Shown here: positions 63,083 to 64,000 of the stretch, in pieces
Position numbering within the stretch: position 1 is the first letter of the stretch
How the letters are laid out: each line of letters opens with the position of its first letter
Assembly: GCA_003166915.1 (NCBI GenBank)
Contig: PMUK01000155.1
Coordinates: 5,600 to 69,599 of the forward strand
DNA from: Vulcanimicrobiota bacterium
Lineage (GTDB): Bacteria; Vulcanimicrobiota; Vulcanimicrobiia; Vulcanimicrobiales; Vulcanimicrobiaceae
Reading direction: 5' to 3'
DNA length: 64,000 nucleotides
The notes under the pieces: generated by a model
Seen by the model: the letters and a program-made list of their open reading frames with translations, nothing else
The model's database searches: none
What the model was told of the DNA's origin: nothing
Position numbers and translations under genes: made by a program

Positions 63083-64000
63083 TCGCGCCGCTGCTGATGG
63101 CGGTCGCGTTGCTTCCCAGCGGCACGTACCGCTACGAAACGAGCATTGGCGGACATAGCGTCGGGAGCAGTACCATCGTCATTCGCCGCAGTGGCGGCAC
63201 GCTCGATGTCGGCGAAAGCGCGTCCGTTGCCGGCGTATCGCTGATCAGCGATCGCAAAATCGTCGCGGCGACCTTTGCCAACATTTCCTACGTCGCCGAT
63301 GCGAACGGTCAACATGGTGCTCTGGCGTTTGCCGGAAATGAAGCAACGTTCAGTGCGGGTGCCGCGCACTCGAAAATCGCGGCGCCGGCCGGCGCGCCAT
63401 TTGTGGTCAGCGACAATATGGTGGCGGGCTTCGCGCTGATTCCGGCAGCACTCCACGTCACCGGCGCGAAGCAGTTGACGCTGGCATGCATCTGCGGCGC
63501 ATTCGTGGCAGTACCCGTGCCGGTCACGGGCCATCCGGCCACGCTGGCGGGGGTGCCGTCCGGCGACGCCGCCGTGTCCGTCGAAGTCGAGGGCCAGACA
63601 GCCACGCTCTGGTTTAATCCTCAAACCGAGGTGCTCGATCGCTTCGAGCTGCCCGCGCAAGAGCTGGCGATTGCGCTGCGATCGTACGACCCGAAAATTG
63701 CCCCGCTCGCGAGGCCGGCTACGGCGACTCCGTTGCCGTTGCCATCGGCGCACTATACCTCCCGCGACGTTTCGATAAAGACCGACGACGGTGTGATGCT
63801 CGCCGCAACCTTGACGGTTCCGAACTCGGCAGCGACGCCGCTCCCGGGTTTCGTCCTGGTTCACGGAAGCGGCTGCAACGATCGCGACGAAACGATCGGG
63901 CCGAACAAGGTCTTCGCGCAGCTGGCAAACCGCCTCTCGAACGATGGTTATGCGGTGCTGCGCTACGACAAGCGTTCGTGCGGAAAGAGCGGCGGTAAGT
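63079..64000 (+). CDS. Alpha/beta hydrolase (dienelactone hydrolase/S9-like), N-terminal part; runs off the window
   Basis: Not in the ORF track because there is no stop in the window. The ATG at 63079 overlaps the tag stop (ATGA). The frame is open to nt 64000. It has a signal-like N-terminus (MIAPLLMAVALLP) and later ...PLPGFVLVHGSGCNDRDETIGPNKVFAQLANRLSNDGYAVLRYDKRSCGKSGG. Confidence 0.65.
   Translation, partial: MIAPLLMAVALLPSGTYRYETSIGGHSVGSSTIVIRRSGGTLDVGESASVAGVSLISDRKIVAATFANISYVADANGQHGALAFAGNEATFSAGAAHSKIAAPAGAPFVVSDNMVAGFALIPAALHVTGAKQLTLACICGAFVAVPVPVTGHPATLAGVPSGDAAVSVEVEGQTATLWFNPQTEVLDRFELPAQELAIALRSYDPKIAPLARPATATPLPLPSAHYTSRDVSIKTDDGVMLAATLTVPNSAATPLPGFVLVHGSGCNDRDETIGPNKVFAQLANRLSNDGYAVLRYDKRSCGKSGGK

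Overview
High-GC (roughly 60-65% by eye, not computed), very gene-dense core-chromosome segment from a diderm-type bacterium. The diderm call rests on Lnt, LptC/LptD/LptF-G-like genes and a large beta-rich protein ending in Phe. Lineage cannot be assigned from sequence alone. Contents in order: (1) polA, DUF192, mutM, rpsA, coaE. (2) Two tandem KGG-repeat stress proteins. (3) An envelope-biogenesis block: LptC-like, lnt, an orphan lipoprotein plus an unlisted 55-aa Cys-rich ORF, LptD-like, LptF/G permease, lytic transglycosylase. (4) A complete, almost gapless dcw cluster: mraZ-rsmH-ftsL-ftsI-murE-murF-[CofE-like]-mraY-murD-ftsW-murG-murC-murB-ddl. It stops at ddl, with no ftsQ/A/Z. (5) DUF5069, citrate synthase, an orphan hisA, a GloVer-type repeat protein, alr. 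(6) CIRCE-controlled groES-groEL. (7) korA-korB, a sirtuin, an orphan membrane sensor, an APC permease. (8) hsp20-lon, selD, a class-V aminotransferase, cvpA. (9) pheT-pheS behind a 340-nt structured leader, and a TrmH methyltransferase. (10) NUDIX, a serine hydrolase, rplT-rpmI-infC. (11) rocD, two alpha/beta hydrolases, a GT39 glycosyltransferase, tag. I saw no rRNA or tRNA genes, CRISPR arrays, transposases, integrases or recognisable defence genes. I do not see a convincing multi-gene novel system. The most unusual items are: (i) an F420-ligase-fold (CofE-like) gene translationally coupled between murF and mraY; (ii) an SmtA/BmtA-like metallothionein ORF below the ORF-track cutoff, coupled to an orphan lipoprotein beside lnt; (iii) a 36-bp inverted repeat that includes the stop codon of the LptD-like gene; (iv) non-canonical starts for rpsA and infC, plus an attenuator-like hairpin ahead of infC; (v) a structured RNA leader upstream of pheS. 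Many long ORFs in the track are antisense or alternate-frame artefacts of the high GC content.
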